Source of the DNA: a virus
Taxonomy: Duplodnaviria > Caudoviricetes
IMG/VR virus record: IMGVR_UViG_3300042545_000821
Coordinates: 1-64,000 of that record
Reading direction: 5' to 3' (one strand)
Length of the DNA stretch: 64,000 nt
Shown here: positions 27,815 to 37,120 of the stretch, piece by piece
Position numbering within the stretch: the first letter of the stretch is position 1
How the letters are laid out: each line of letters begins with the position of its first letter
Program-made: the position numbers and the translations under genes
Notes under the pieces: model-generated
The model's input: only the letters and a program-made list of their open reading frames with translations
The model's database searches: none
What the model was told of the DNA's origin: nothing

Positions 27815-28698
27815 TTGCCCTCCAACAGTTTTAACATACGTTCTTGATTAGCAAGAGCATCTTCGTCCACAAAATCAGTTTCTGCAACTCGAGAAGTAAT
27901 TCCGTGGATAGTCGGGTAGAAGGCAATAAACCTGCGCCATATCGGTTGACCTATGCCGGCATCATTCAAAAGCCTAGGATCGGCAAAGAACACACGGATT
28001 GCTTTTAGAATTGAAAGATTTGTTGCATCAGACTCTGAGATAGTTTTATTAATCCACTTTGCTAACTGCTCGCCGTTAATCTGACCTGGAATGCCGGAAG
28101 CTTTTTCACGGACTAGGTCGTAAAACTCTGAGACAAGATCTTTTGAGTTCCAGCTTTCTTCTGGGCGCTCATACCTACGCATGCTTGCTGGTACAGCCTC
28201 AAACTTAGTTTTCTTGTATTTGGCATTACGCATTGCCTTCTTGTCTTCAATCTTGCCAACAGCCCCTGGAGCCTCGTCAATATCAGATCTCTTCTTTGGT
28301 AAATTCTCATCTAGGTTTGGCCAGCCCATTTCGATTCCTTCCTTCGGTTTCAGCGCAGCTGAAGTATTAGAAGTACGTAGTACTTCTAATACATTTAGAC
28401 TAGTAGTTATATCATTAGTATTAAGTAAGCTATATAGAGCGCCTGGATTACCGACGCCTGATAATCCGTCGTCGGTGAACTTTAAAGTAGTGCGCCATTG
28501 ACCCCCAACTTGTGCTTTTACGGCTTTTATGTAGCCCGCATCTTTGAGTTCTTTCATGGCAGAACGGATCGCGTCCCGACCTTCAGGGACTGCTGTAGAT
28601 ATTTCATCGGCAGATAAAACTCTGCCAGTCTCTATGTAAAACGCATAGAGCCCGCGAGCGCGTAGTGATAGATATGGATTAGAATATGGTGATTGCAT
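27811..28698 (-). CDS. Putative replication initiator (N-terminal winged HTH)
   Basis: LSLRARGLY...EGRDAIRSAMKELKDAGYI; directly upstream of the DnaC-like gene. Confidence 0.7.
   Translation of the reverse strand: MQSPYSNPYLSLRARGLYAFYIETGRVLSADEISTAVPEGRDAIRSAMKELKDAGYIKAVKAQVGGQWRTTLKFTDDGLSGVGNPGALYSLLNTNDITTSLNVLEVLRTSNTSAALKPKEGIEMGWPNLDENLPKKRSDIDEAPGAVGKIEDKKAMRNAKYKKTKFEAVPASMRRYERPEESWNSKDLVSEFYDLVREKASGIPGQINGEQLAKWINKTISESDATNLSILKAIRVFFADPRLLNDAGIGQPIWRRFIAFYPTIHGITSRVAETDFVDEDALANQERMLKLLEGK
28364..28392. repeat. 13-bp perfect inverted repeat in initiator gene (candidate origin element)
   Basis: GTATTAGAAGTAC-GTA-GTACTTCTAATAC next to an AT-rich tract. Confidence 0.55.
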
Positions 28699-28721
28699 GT
28701 AGATCCCCCTCTACAAAAATC

Positions 28722-28997
28722 TTATATCCGATCTACCCTCTTTGGCAAACCGCGCATTTCACGGACTGATGATCCCGTGAAAACCTGCTCTACCAGTAAG
28801 GACATAGTTAGACCTAAGAACGTTGAGGCAAAGCAATAAATCAAAAGGGGTAGCCCCGAAACACCTAAGATTATGGAAGAAGGTACGGCTATGGCTGAAG
28901 CTAGTAAGCCACGCCACTTTCCGATAGATATTATAAGTCCTTCAACTGCTGTTAAAACACAGGCAGTTGCTAGTGCAGCTATAACAACATTTGTCAT
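28722..28997 (-). CDS. Small membrane protein
   Basis: Three hydrophobic helices; ATG at 28997 lies 7 nt after a -10 box. Confidence 0.7.
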   Translation of the reverse strand: MTNVVIAALATACVLTAVEGLIISIGKWRGLLASAIAVPSSIILGVSGLPLLIYCFASTFLGLTMSLLVEQVFTGSSVREMRGLPKRVDRI

Positions 28998-29004
28998 AGG
29001 CCAG

Positions 29005-29033
29005 AGGCTACTCTCTAAAAACAACCCTGTCAA
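29005..29033 (-). promoter_or_regulatory. Sigma-A-type leaderless promoter for the replication module
   Basis: TTGACA-N17-TAGCCT-N7-ATG. Confidence 0.75.
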
Positions 29034-32000
29034 TATGGAAGGCTTGACCTATAGCAGCTGTGGCGGTAGTGGCGCAAGTTACCCTTAGTACGGCATAAGA
29101 AGCTCCAGCAGTGTCTTCTGCGGCAACATTAGTTGCTATATAAGCCCAACGAGTTGTATCAGTTACTGTGGCTACGGCAGTTTTAGTAATTATTAATACG
29201 TCAAATTCATCATAAAATTTTACGCTTAGGGTGTAGACGCCGGCGGAGTTAGAGTTTTCTGGTTTTACGGCAATTGATGCGTAGTAGCCACGTAAACCTA
29301 ATAAAGGAATCTGCGCTGTGGTAATACCAAACGTACTTGCGGCAGTTGCTGTTACTTTACAGAACGCTGTTCCGTGTGTGCAGTTTCCCTCAAATAAAAT
29401 GCCGCGAGTTACTGTTCTTGATAGGTTAGCTGAGACTCCAGACCAAGACCCTAAATTTTTTTCAAATGATGCTGAAGGAATCAAGGAAGTTTCAAGATCT
29501 GGGTATGGAATAGTTGTTTTTCCTGCTTCTATGCACCAGCTACTTCCTTGTGGAAGAACTTTTGGTAACGTATAGAACAACCTAGTATACTTTTCGTAGT
29601 AATTAGACCAATAATTACTCTTTCCTCCGTGCTGACTTTCTTCTCTAGAAAGATACATATTTTTAGTTATGTCCCCAGTATTTGGACGAGTTACTACCCC
29701 AGAACCTGCAGGGTCTACAAACTTTGATGGTACTCTTCCTAGTTCTGCTTGAACCCCATCTATATAAAATACGGCAGCAGAGCTAGATCCTGTAGATAAA
29801 GATATAGTTAACGTAAAAGTAGTTTCTCCAACAGCTGCAATTCTAGTAACATGGATTCTTGTCCAATAATCTTTATTAGCTTCTTCTACTTCAAATGTAT
29901 TTGTTGTTTGCCCATTTGTAGAAATTGAGTACGTGCCAGCTTTATTTCTTACATATGCTGACACAACTATGTCTTCCCCACCAACAGCTGCGTTTGGAAG
30001 TGTAATTATTGTAGATATAGATCCTCCACCAGCTTTGCTTACTTTTCCTTGTTTAGATCCGTATAAGGCTGGAGATATTTCACTTACAGACGTAAAGGTA
30101 GTCCCTGCTTCAGCAGTCCAACCTGTAGTATCTTCTAAAGAAGGATTAGATACAAAATTAACTACATTTTTAATTTCCCAGTGACAATCTGCTGGCACGT
30201 AAAAAGTAGAGGTATTTGGGTTTGTTGGGGTAGGTGCCCCATTTCCTTGAAAAAATGAATCAACCGAAGGTGTTTGCTGCAACAAAGCCGCATCAAAATA
30301 AAACACATCATTAGCTGTCGCGGCTTCTGTATACACAGATACTTTTGCTAAAGGTGTCCCGGAGTCTTTAGTTTGTACTGGTGCTACTGACGTAACTGAC
30401 AGTCTTTGAGCGGTAGAAGTAAGCGTTACCGTTTCAGAATCAACATAATAAGGGGTTATAGGGTAATACTGACCATTTACATCACTAAGAATAGTAACTT
30501 GATCATAATCTGATTGTTGTGAGGAGTACTCAATTCTTGCTTTTACTGCGCGAGTAGCGCCACTAGCATAAATACTAAAAGTGTAATTTGCTCCAGGAAC
30601 AACAGGTACCCAATCAGAAACAAAAGCTGCCGTGCCAGTAGAGGTAGCCTTTACTTTTGCAACCGCAGAACCAAAAATTTTTGATGCAGATGGGGGATTA
30701 AAGTCTTGGGATATTGTAGCGTTTAGTGCTAACCAGTTAGCAGTACTATTATCAAATCCAGGGTTAGGAAGAATATTTTCTTTTTCTCCAGCAATTGTTA
30801 CTATGACTTTTCTAGCGTCTTGATATTCAAGACTATACTCAGTTTCAGCAACTTGAAACATATCAAATAAAAGATCGGTGCTGGCAGGAACGCCCTGTAA
30901 AAGTATTTCTACGCCCGCGTATACCGCATTTTCTGGCGGAAGTTCATTTGAAGGAGTTTTACAAGAAAAATAAGCCCAAGAGTTAGTTATTTCTGTAACC
31001 TGTCCTGAAAGAGTAGTCGCACTAATTCTAACCCCATCTTTATCAAAATAAACAAACTGTCCTAATAAATTTGGGTACGTAGCAGTAGCAGACGTTCTTG
31101 CAGCTTTAGACCTAACCCAACCAGTAAAGGTATATGCTTTTCCTGCCTTAATAGGTATGCCATAAGATTTTGCAGATATGGCGGTGTTCCACCCTACTAA
31201 AGCAATTGCTTGTTTATCAGACGTTCCCGTAGAGCCCCTGCTTAATTTCATAAATCCAACAGTTCTTGGCGGATAAATATTGTCATAAAAATTTCCGGTA
31301 GGCGGAGTTATCTCTACCCCTATATCAGCTAAAGATGTGGAGTATTTTTGCTGTGTTAATGTCCACCCAACGTGAAACGTAGAGGAGCTATACCCGGACC
31401 CAGTTGAGGGCTGAATAACATTTGTCCAACGGCCAATAGACTCTTCAAAAGAAGAGTCGTTGTAATCTAACATTAAATTGTGGCCAGTTCTTATACTAGT
31501 ATCCCAATGAGTTAAGGCTGTTGTGTATGTAGATATTCCTTTAGAAGTTCCCTTAGAAGCATTAATTATATTTCCAGCTTTGTAGAGAGATCTATGGTAG
31601 GTATCTCCCAAAGTAGGTTCATATTCAAACCCTAAATCTTGAATTTTATTACGCAATAGGGCTGTAGATATTTTTTTAAAATTTGAGCTTTTTTCTAAAA
31701 TCTGCGCTTCGGCACGAAGTCGATCGTAGGCAAAAGAATAAGCAGATAGAGTTTTGTATAGCTCATTAGTTGACTCTGTTTCTCCAACTGAGTCTCCTTC
31801 ACCATAAATATTGTTAAGCCATACTCTAGGTATCCACTTACTGACTTTATTTATAGTGTCTGTATTAATTACAGCTAAAGCTTTTGTGTCTCCACAGTTT
31901 ATCCACTTAGTTCCGTTAAATATCCAAAATGAATACGTAATTTCAGAGTTTTGCTCTAAAGTTTGCACGTCTATTTTAGATAGGCGATAAGAGCTTATTA

Positions 32001-32238
32001 CATCTTCATCTACAGAAATTCCGTCATACGGAGTTAGTGGTGCCCCAGAAAAAGATTTAATTAGTTTCCAGTGCGTTGGGGGAGGGTCCAGGGGATCGGT
32101 AATTACAGATCCCCAAGTTAAGGATATAGCCTGATACTCATACGACCAGGCAGTAAGGCCAACGTTATAAAAAACACGGTTGTTTTCTATTTCGCCGTAT
32201 TTAGGGGACCCATATTGCGTAAACGAATATTTAGCCAT
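29008..32238 (-). CDS. Baseplate wedge/tail protein (P2 gpI-like domain + carbohydrate-binding-like repeats)
   Basis: LGFEY...NASKGTSKGI; four N(L/I)xxNxSF(E/D)-type repeats; follows baseplate J gene. Confidence 0.7.
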   Translation of the reverse strand: MAKYSFTQYGSPKYGEIENNRVFYNVGLTAWSYEYQAISLTWGSVITDPLDPPPTHWKLIKSFSGAPLTPYDGISVDEDVISSYRLSKIDVQTLEQNSEITYSFWIFNGTKWINCGDTKALAVINTDTINKVSKWIPRVWLNNIYGEGDSVGETESTNELYKTLSAYSFAYDRLRAEAQILEKSSNFKKISTALLRNKIQDLGFEYEPTLGDTYHRSLYKAGNIINASKGTSKGISTYTTALTHWDTSIRTGHNLMLDYNDSSFEESIGRWTNVIQPSTGSGYSSSTFHVGWTLTQQKYSTSLADIGVEITPPTGNFYDNIYPPRTVGFMKLSRGSTGTSDKQAIALVGWNTAISAKSYGIPIKAGKAYTFTGWVRSKAARTSATATYPNLLGQFVYFDKDGVRISATTLSGQVTEITNSWAYFSCKTPSNELPPENAVYAGVEILLQGVPASTDLLFDMFQVAETEYSLEYQDARKVIVTIAGEKENILPNPGFDNSTANWLALNATISQDFNPPSASKIFGSAVAKVKATSTGTAAFVSDWVPVVPGANYTFSIYASGATRAVKARIEYSSQQSDYDQVTILSDVNGQYYPITPYYVDSETVTLTSTAQRLSVTSVAPVQTKDSGTPLAKVSVYTEAATANDVFYFDAALLQQTPSVDSFFQGNGAPTPTNPNTSTFYVPADCHWEIKNVVNFVSNPSLEDTTGWTAEAGTTFTSVSEISPALYGSKQGKVSKAGGGSISTIITLPNAAVGGEDIVVSAYVRNKAGTYSISTNGQTTNTFEVEEANKDYWTRIHVTRIAAVGETTFTLTISLSTGSSSAAVFYIDGVQAELGRVPSKFVDPAGSGVVTRPNTGDITKNMYLSREESQHGGKSNYWSNYYEKYTRLFYTLPKVLPQGSSWCIEAGKTTIPYPDLETSLIPSASFEKNLGSWSGVSANLSRTVTRGILFEGNCTHGTAFCKVTATAASTFGITTAQIPLLGLRGYYASIAVKPENSNSAGVYTLSVKFYDEFDVLIITKTAVATVTDTTRWAYIATNVAAEDTAGASYAVLRVTCATTATAAIGQAFHIDRVVFRE

Positions 32239-32246
32239 CTATTAGG

Positions 32247-32786
32247 TTACATCCCAGCTAGTAGAAAAGGGTCAAATCTAACTGCCTGTGCTTGCTCAAG
32301 AGCCGATGTAGCTGTAGTATTTAGGTCTGTGTATTCTGAGCTTCCTACATATAGCACGTTTGCAGTACCAACTTTAGGAATTCCTAAGCTGTTTAAATTA
32401 AATCCTAGAGCGTCGTTAGATGCCCTGCCTTCAAATAAATTAGCAGTTCCCGCAGTAGTTTTTACAACTAAAGCTACAGTTCCAGAAGGAGGTTGAATAG
32501 AATCTCCAACTTTTTTTACGTAGGGGCTTGATGCACCAGTGCCGCTAACTAACCCCGCCTCAATATTATTTAAACGCTCGTCTATAGAGACCCAAGATGT
32601 GGTAGCTGAAGTAAATGTGCCGCCAAAAGAAGAAGTAAGAATATTAGTGCTTGGGTTTCCTGTAAGAGCTATTGATATTCCTCTAACTTCATTTTGAAGT
32701 GCGTTTATGTGGTCCGCAAGGACAGTGTCAACTAAGTCAACCTTGTTTGTAAAAGGCCTAATATTTACTGGAAAAAATTGAGACAC
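32247..32786 (-). CDS. Putative virion (baseplate/fibre-attachment) protein
   Basis: ADHINALQNEV motif; located in baseplate operon. Confidence 0.55.
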   Translation of the reverse strand: MSQFFPVNIRPFTNKVDLVDTVLADHINALQNEVRGISIALTGNPSTNILTSSFGGTFTSATTSWVSIDERLNNIEAGLVSGTGASSPYVKKVGDSIQPPSGTVALVVKTTAGTANLFEGRASNDALGFNLNSLGIPKVGTANVLYVGSSEYTDLNTTATSALEQAQAVRFDPFLLAGM

Positions 32787-32804
32787 TACTTTACCTACCT
32801 ATCC

Positions 32805-34370
32805 TTAGAGCAATCCGCCGTCTGGCGTAATTATTAATGCTGTTGGCAGCAGATAAGGGATCTGATTTGCTGCAAGGGTTATTGTAGCTACACCAGAGCC
32901 ATTATCTGTGTTTAACTTAGTTAAAGTTATTGATTCTACGCCTGCAATTCCAGCTGCTTTTGATATAACAGAGGACAGGGCAATAGTTCTTCCAAAAGTA
33001 TTACTTTCGTAAGAAAATAGGCCTCCGGCGTTTAAAAAAGCCTTGGCAATATCTAGTTTTACAGTGTTTCGTTTAAAAGCGGCCCCAACAACTACGTTCA
33101 TAGATACGTATACGGGCACATATGTAGGTTGAACAATAGTTAATGTTGTTCCTACAGGAATTTTATCAGATAAGTATTTTTGAACATTGCTTTGAAGAGT
33201 AGTCCAAGTAGAGGTTGGTGATCCTCCCGCAATTCCGGGAGTATTAGTTCCATCATTTTGAGTCTGTATGTACAAAGTTACTGAGCTGTAAATAGAAGAT
33301 ATTGCTTTAGCTCTACCAATTTGTGGAGTTTGATTTGCTAAAAATTCGTAGTCTTCTAGGGTTACTGCACGTCTGCGGGCAGAAATTGCTGATTTAATCT
33401 TTGTACGTAGTTGATCTGAACTATCCGCATCTGCTCCGCCAATAGCTGAAGCATCATTTGTTACAGACAGATAAGAGACTGCTTCGGGATCTATATTTCC
33501 GGGAATAAAAGTAACTTCAGTGATAGCACTAGATATCACATTTCCTGCGGCACCAAGACTTGTTTTATACGAGGCACTTATAAGTTGTCCTGTAGGGGGA
33601 ACTGCGCCATTAACCCCATCTCCAAATATAACTGTTAAACTTCCATCTGCATTTTGAGAAGTTGTAAACACTAGGGCTGTTGGGCCGTACTCAGAAAGAG
33701 TGTCAACATAAGACCACGCAGCAAATGCAGCTCCTTGCCCTACATACACAATAAGTGAGCTATCTACAAGGCCAAAGTCAGGAATTATTATTTCTTGGCT
33801 TGACTCACCTGTAGACGACCCAAGACTTGCTGGTAATGGCTTGTTATTAACTGGATTAATTAAGTCGGGACGATCAGTATTTACTGTCTTACCTTCTTTT
33901 GCGGTAAGAGTAATTGTTGCTGAGGCAGCTAGCTGTGTCGCAGACTGAGTAGTTTCAAAGTAAACTTCTGTATACGGGCCATATGTTAATGGGGCCATTA
34001 TTTGAGTTCCAATAGGAATGTCTATTGGGGCAGCGCTAGTATTTGTAAAAAGCACGTTTACTGTAGCTGGAGTAGGTCCAGAAGGTTTGTATCCGTACAA
34101 AGCTGCAAAATTTAAAAGAGTTTCCCGTTTTACGGCAGTTTCTACTGATGACTCATTAGCTACTCGGTCTAGATAGTAAGACATTATGTCTCCCATATAG
34201 GCAAATGCTTCTACAAGAACGGAGCCTAAATCGGAAGGGTCTGCGGTATCCCAAGCTTTACCTGTTCTTGAACTAATTAAGTTTATAAGATCAGTCTTAA
34301 GGGCCGCAAAATCTCTAGAAGTGTAGTCAATCTGGGCCATATTATTTAAATTTGAACTGTCGTATGCCAT
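32805..34370 (-). CDS. Baseplate wedge protein (P2 gpJ / T4 gp6-like)
   Basis: IDYTSRDF, SYYLDRVANE, FGDGVNGAVP, GGADAD, RAVTLEDYE. Confidence 0.9.
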   Translation of the reverse strand: MAYDSSNLNNMAQIDYTSRDFAALKTDLINLISSRTGKAWDTADPSDLGSVLVEAFAYMGDIMSYYLDRVANESSVETAVKRETLLNFAALYGYKPSGPTPATVNVLFTNTSAAPIDIPIGTQIMAPLTYGPYTEVYFETTQSATQLAASATITLTAKEGKTVNTDRPDLINPVNNKPLPASLGSSTGESSQEIIIPDFGLVDSSLIVYVGQGAAFAAWSYVDTLSEYGPTALVFTTSQNADGSLTVIFGDGVNGAVPPTGQLISASYKTSLGAAGNVISSAITEVTFIPGNIDPEAVSYLSVTNDASAIGGADADSSDQLRTKIKSAISARRRAVTLEDYEFLANQTPQIGRAKAISSIYSSVTLYIQTQNDGTNTPGIAGGSPTSTWTTLQSNVQKYLSDKIPVGTTLTIVQPTYVPVYVSMNVVVGAAFKRNTVKLDIAKAFLNAGGLFSYESNTFGRTIALSSVISKAAGIAGVESITLTKLNTDNGSGVATITLAANQIPYLLPTALIITPDGGLL

Positions 34371-34371
34371 A

Positions 34372-34767
34372 TTACCTAACCGCCGTTACTGTTCCATCAG
34401 AACTGAATAGTGCACTACTTACATCTAAGGTCTTTATTGTACTGTCTGGAAGCATTACAGTAATAGTTACCTGAGCTTGCCCGCCATATTCTGGAAGTAG
34501 AGTTGAGATGCTCTGTATCTTAATTTCTGGCAACCAGACTCTTACCGCGGTGCTTACCGCCTGCTTTATAGAGGTGTCTAAAACATTTTCGTTTTCAAAT
34601 AATGCTTGCATAAGGTTTGTGCCATAGGATGTAAGCATTGGTCGTTGTCCTACATTTGTCGATAGTAGAGTTAATAGGCGGTCTAACCAAATTTTACTAG
34701 CTCGTTCTGTAATTTCTACAGCCCCATCTGGGGATAAAGTATAGGGGTAGTTTATAGCGCTGCTCAT
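34372..34767 (-). CDS. Baseplate gp25/gpW-like sheath initiator
   Basis: LLSTNVGQRPMLTSYGTNL...LFE...WLPEI. Confidence 0.85.
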   Translation of the reverse strand: MSSAINYPYTLSPDGAVEITERASKIWLDRLLTLLSTNVGQRPMLTSYGTNLMQALFENENVLDTSIKQAVSTAVRVWLPEIKIQSISTLLPEYGGQAQVTITVMLPDSTIKTLDVSSALFSSDGTVTAVR

Positions 34768-35387
34768 TGCACTCCTATCCATACTGGGTACTCAGGGTCT
34801 CCCGCAACAAACATAACCCATACTAGTTGTCCAACTTTAGGGATAAGTCGATGCGGGGTGTGTTCCGCCACTCTAACTGGGGCTGAAGATCTATTAGTGC
34901 CAAAACCAGCCGCTATAGGGTCTATATCTAATCCCTTAGGCGTTAAGTCTTGTTCTTGAGCATCATTCCATCGTTGAGTAGTATTTTCTATTGTATCGTG
35001 CTTATGGGTCAATTGATGGGTTGTATCAGGAGTTTTTCCAGCATGATTGTTTGTATGGGAAAAAGTAACGGTCACGCTGTGAGCATGGGCCGGGTCTCCT
35101 TCAGTAGAGGTAGTAAATGTAGCGCTATGGTTTCCGTGGCCTAACAACAGGGCCGCCACTTCAGAAGCTAAATGAGGAAGGTGGTCGGGGTGATTTGCCA
35201 TATTTGTTATTGGCTGGCAAGACCGAGCCCAGCCAGAAATTTCTTGACCAGTAGACTGCTGTATCTTTACTTTAATTCTATTCTTTCTTAAAGGATCTTC
35301 TATGTCTACTACTTTAGCCTCATATATACCAAAAAACCTAAATCGACCTGTAGGATCCATTCCATAGTCTTGATCATTTATAATCAT
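34764..35387 (-). CDS. Central spike protein (gp5/VgrG OB-fold) with His-rich insertion
   Basis: YEAKVVDIEDPLRKNRIKV...WAR and PKVGQLVWVMFVAGDPEYPVWIG flank a His-rich segment. Confidence 0.8.
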   Translation of the reverse strand: MIINDQDYGMDPTGRFRFFGIYEAKVVDIEDPLRKNRIKVKIQQSTGQEISGWARSCQPITNMANHPDHLPHLASEVAALLLGHGNHSATFTTSTEGDPAHAHSVTVTFSHTNNHAGKTPDTTHQLTHKHDTIENTTQRWNDAQEQDLTPKGLDIDPIAAGFGTNRSSAPVRVAEHTPHRLIPKVGQLVWVMFVAGDPEYPVWIGVQ

Positions 35388-35986
35388 TAACTAACCCTCT
35401 CATTCGCAGCCCAAGTAACTGGGCGTTTAATAATAGAAAAATCTGGAACAACATCTTGACCCAGATCATTATAGGGCTTAACGACTACAGAACTTGGAGG
35501 CGTGACTCCGTAGTTAGGCTCTAAAGTAGAGTTATTTATTGCAAAAGAATAGTCTTGGAGCGTAGATAAAGCCGGTGTTATAGCTTGTCCCGAAAGTTCT
35601 CCAGATATGTCCCTTTTTGAGAAGGCTTTATAAGCGTCTGGATTAGTTTGACCTAAAATATCTGTGCCGACCTCCAGCTTCATCATATATTTTGCTGGAA
35701 TTCCACCAAATATGTGTTTAACTGAAAGAACTGTCCAATACCCATCCATTCCGTCTGGCAAGCCATCTAAGTAAATAGGCTCATAAGGTTTAACTAGGCA
35801 GTCCCCAATTAAATTTACTTTTGCTCTATATGCATATCTTTGAGCGTCAGCAAAGTCATTAGCAATATATTTACTTTCAGTAAGGGTAGTGGCTACCTCA
35901 AAAACATTATGCTTAGTAAAAGCTGCTTTAGAAGATCCGCTATTACTTTTGTTTACCTTAGAGAATCTAGAGTTTTTAGAGGTCAT
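35387..35986 (-). CDS. Baseplate hub (gpD/gp27-like), C-terminal part
   Basis: GDCLVKPYEPIYLDGL...DGYWTVLSVKHIF; ATGA overlap with upstream gene. Confidence 0.65.
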   Translation of the reverse strand: MTSKNSRFSKVNKSNSGSSKAAFTKHNVFEVATTLTESKYIANDFADAQRYAYRAKVNLIGDCLVKPYEPIYLDGLPDGMDGYWTVLSVKHIFGGIPAKYMMKLEVGTDILGQTNPDAYKAFSKRDISGELSGQAITPALSTLQDYSFAINNSTLEPNYGVTPPSSVVVKPYNDLGQDVVPDFSIIKRPVTWAANERVS

Positions 35987-36849
35987 TGAAGGGCCTCCCA
36001 AGCTTTAAAGTCTGCAGAAGTTTCTTCTACTACAACAATTCCTTTATCTTCAAATTGAAAGTCTTTAAGCGCATGCTTTGTTTCAATAATTGTGCCTGTT
36101 TTTTCATTATACCCAGTTATAATTCTGTCTACTCTTGAACCCAGTTCTGGAGACTCATCTGAAACTATTGGATCAAAAGAAATAATGCTACCCATTGCTC
36201 TTTCAAGACGAGTAACAGACCCGCCAAGCTCTTTGTCTACATAGTTAAAGTAAGGTGCTTGATCTTTTTTATTAGCATAAATTTTATTTTTAGAAACAAA
36301 TATAATTGTTGTGCCCTCAACTCTTAGCGCAAATCCAGTCTGTTTAGCTAAGCGGCGTAATAATTGCCAGTCACTTTGTCCAGCTTGAACTATAGTTTTT
36401 CTCACTCGAGGGTGCCTTTGAGTAACAGCTTTCATCCCATATTTAGAGGCAACTTTTTTAACAACTTGGTCTGCGGTAACATTTTTATAAATTTTTTGGT
36501 CTGTATTTTTTAATAGGTATGACGCAGATACGCATAAAATATTTGTATTTTGAGCGTCTGATTCATTTATAGGCTCAACAGAGTACACATACCCATAAAA
36601 GTTTTGTTTTATATTATTTGTACTATAGGTAAATTGAATTGGGTCACCTGAAGATACGACCGTACCGTCAGAGTAAGGCTTGCCTTTAAAATGCAGCATA
36701 AGGCGATCATGCTGATCCCTATCTTGATACAACTCTGCGCCTATTAATATAAGCTTAAATTCAGGTGCTTTAGGAAAAGAAACTTTGTACGAATTGTACT
36801 CAGCGCTAGATTCCCAAGGAAAAAATTTTCTAGGGCCATTACTTAGCAT
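35983..36849 (-). CDS. Baseplate hub (gpD/gp27-like), N-terminal part
   Basis: YKNVTADQVVKKVA...QAGQSDWQLLRRLAKQTGF. Confidence 0.75.
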   Translation of the reverse strand: MLSNGPRKFFPWESSAEYNSYKVSFPKAPEFKLILIGAELYQDRDQHDRLMLHFKGKPYSDGTVVSSGDPIQFTYSTNNIKQNFYGYVYSVEPINESDAQNTNILCVSASYLLKNTDQKIYKNVTADQVVKKVASKYGMKAVTQRHPRVRKTIVQAGQSDWQLLRRLAKQTGFALRVEGTTIIFVSKNKIYANKKDQAPYFNYVDKELGGSVTRLERAMGSIISFDPIVSDESPELGSRVDRIITGYNEKTGTIIETKHALKDFQFEDKGIVVVEETSADFKAWEALQ

Positions 36850-37120
36850 ATGGCATCCTTATTACTGTACCGGGTTCTATGGAAAAAGGGTCAGAAATTA
36901 GTTGATTAATCTCTAAAATTTGCCACCAATATTTAGAGTGACCTATGAAGTTTTTAGCAAGCTCTCCTAACGAGTCTCCGTCTTTCCATACGTAGTCAAC
37001 ATACTTATAGGTAACGTCGTCTGGAAAATTTCTAAATACGGCAATAGTGTATTCTTTTGTGTACTTATGTTTAACCTGGGCAAGAGGTCCATCGTAATAC
37101 CTAGATACTCTATCAATCAT
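36839..37120 (-). CDS. LysM/gpX-like baseplate protein
   Basis: YVWKDGDSLGELA...WWQILEIN...DPF.I.PGTVIRMP. Confidence 0.8.
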   Translation of the reverse strand: MIDRVSRYYDGPLAQVKHKYTKEYTIAVFRNFPDDVTYKYVDYVWKDGDSLGELAKNFIGHSKYWWQILEINQLISDPFSIEPGTVIRMPYAK

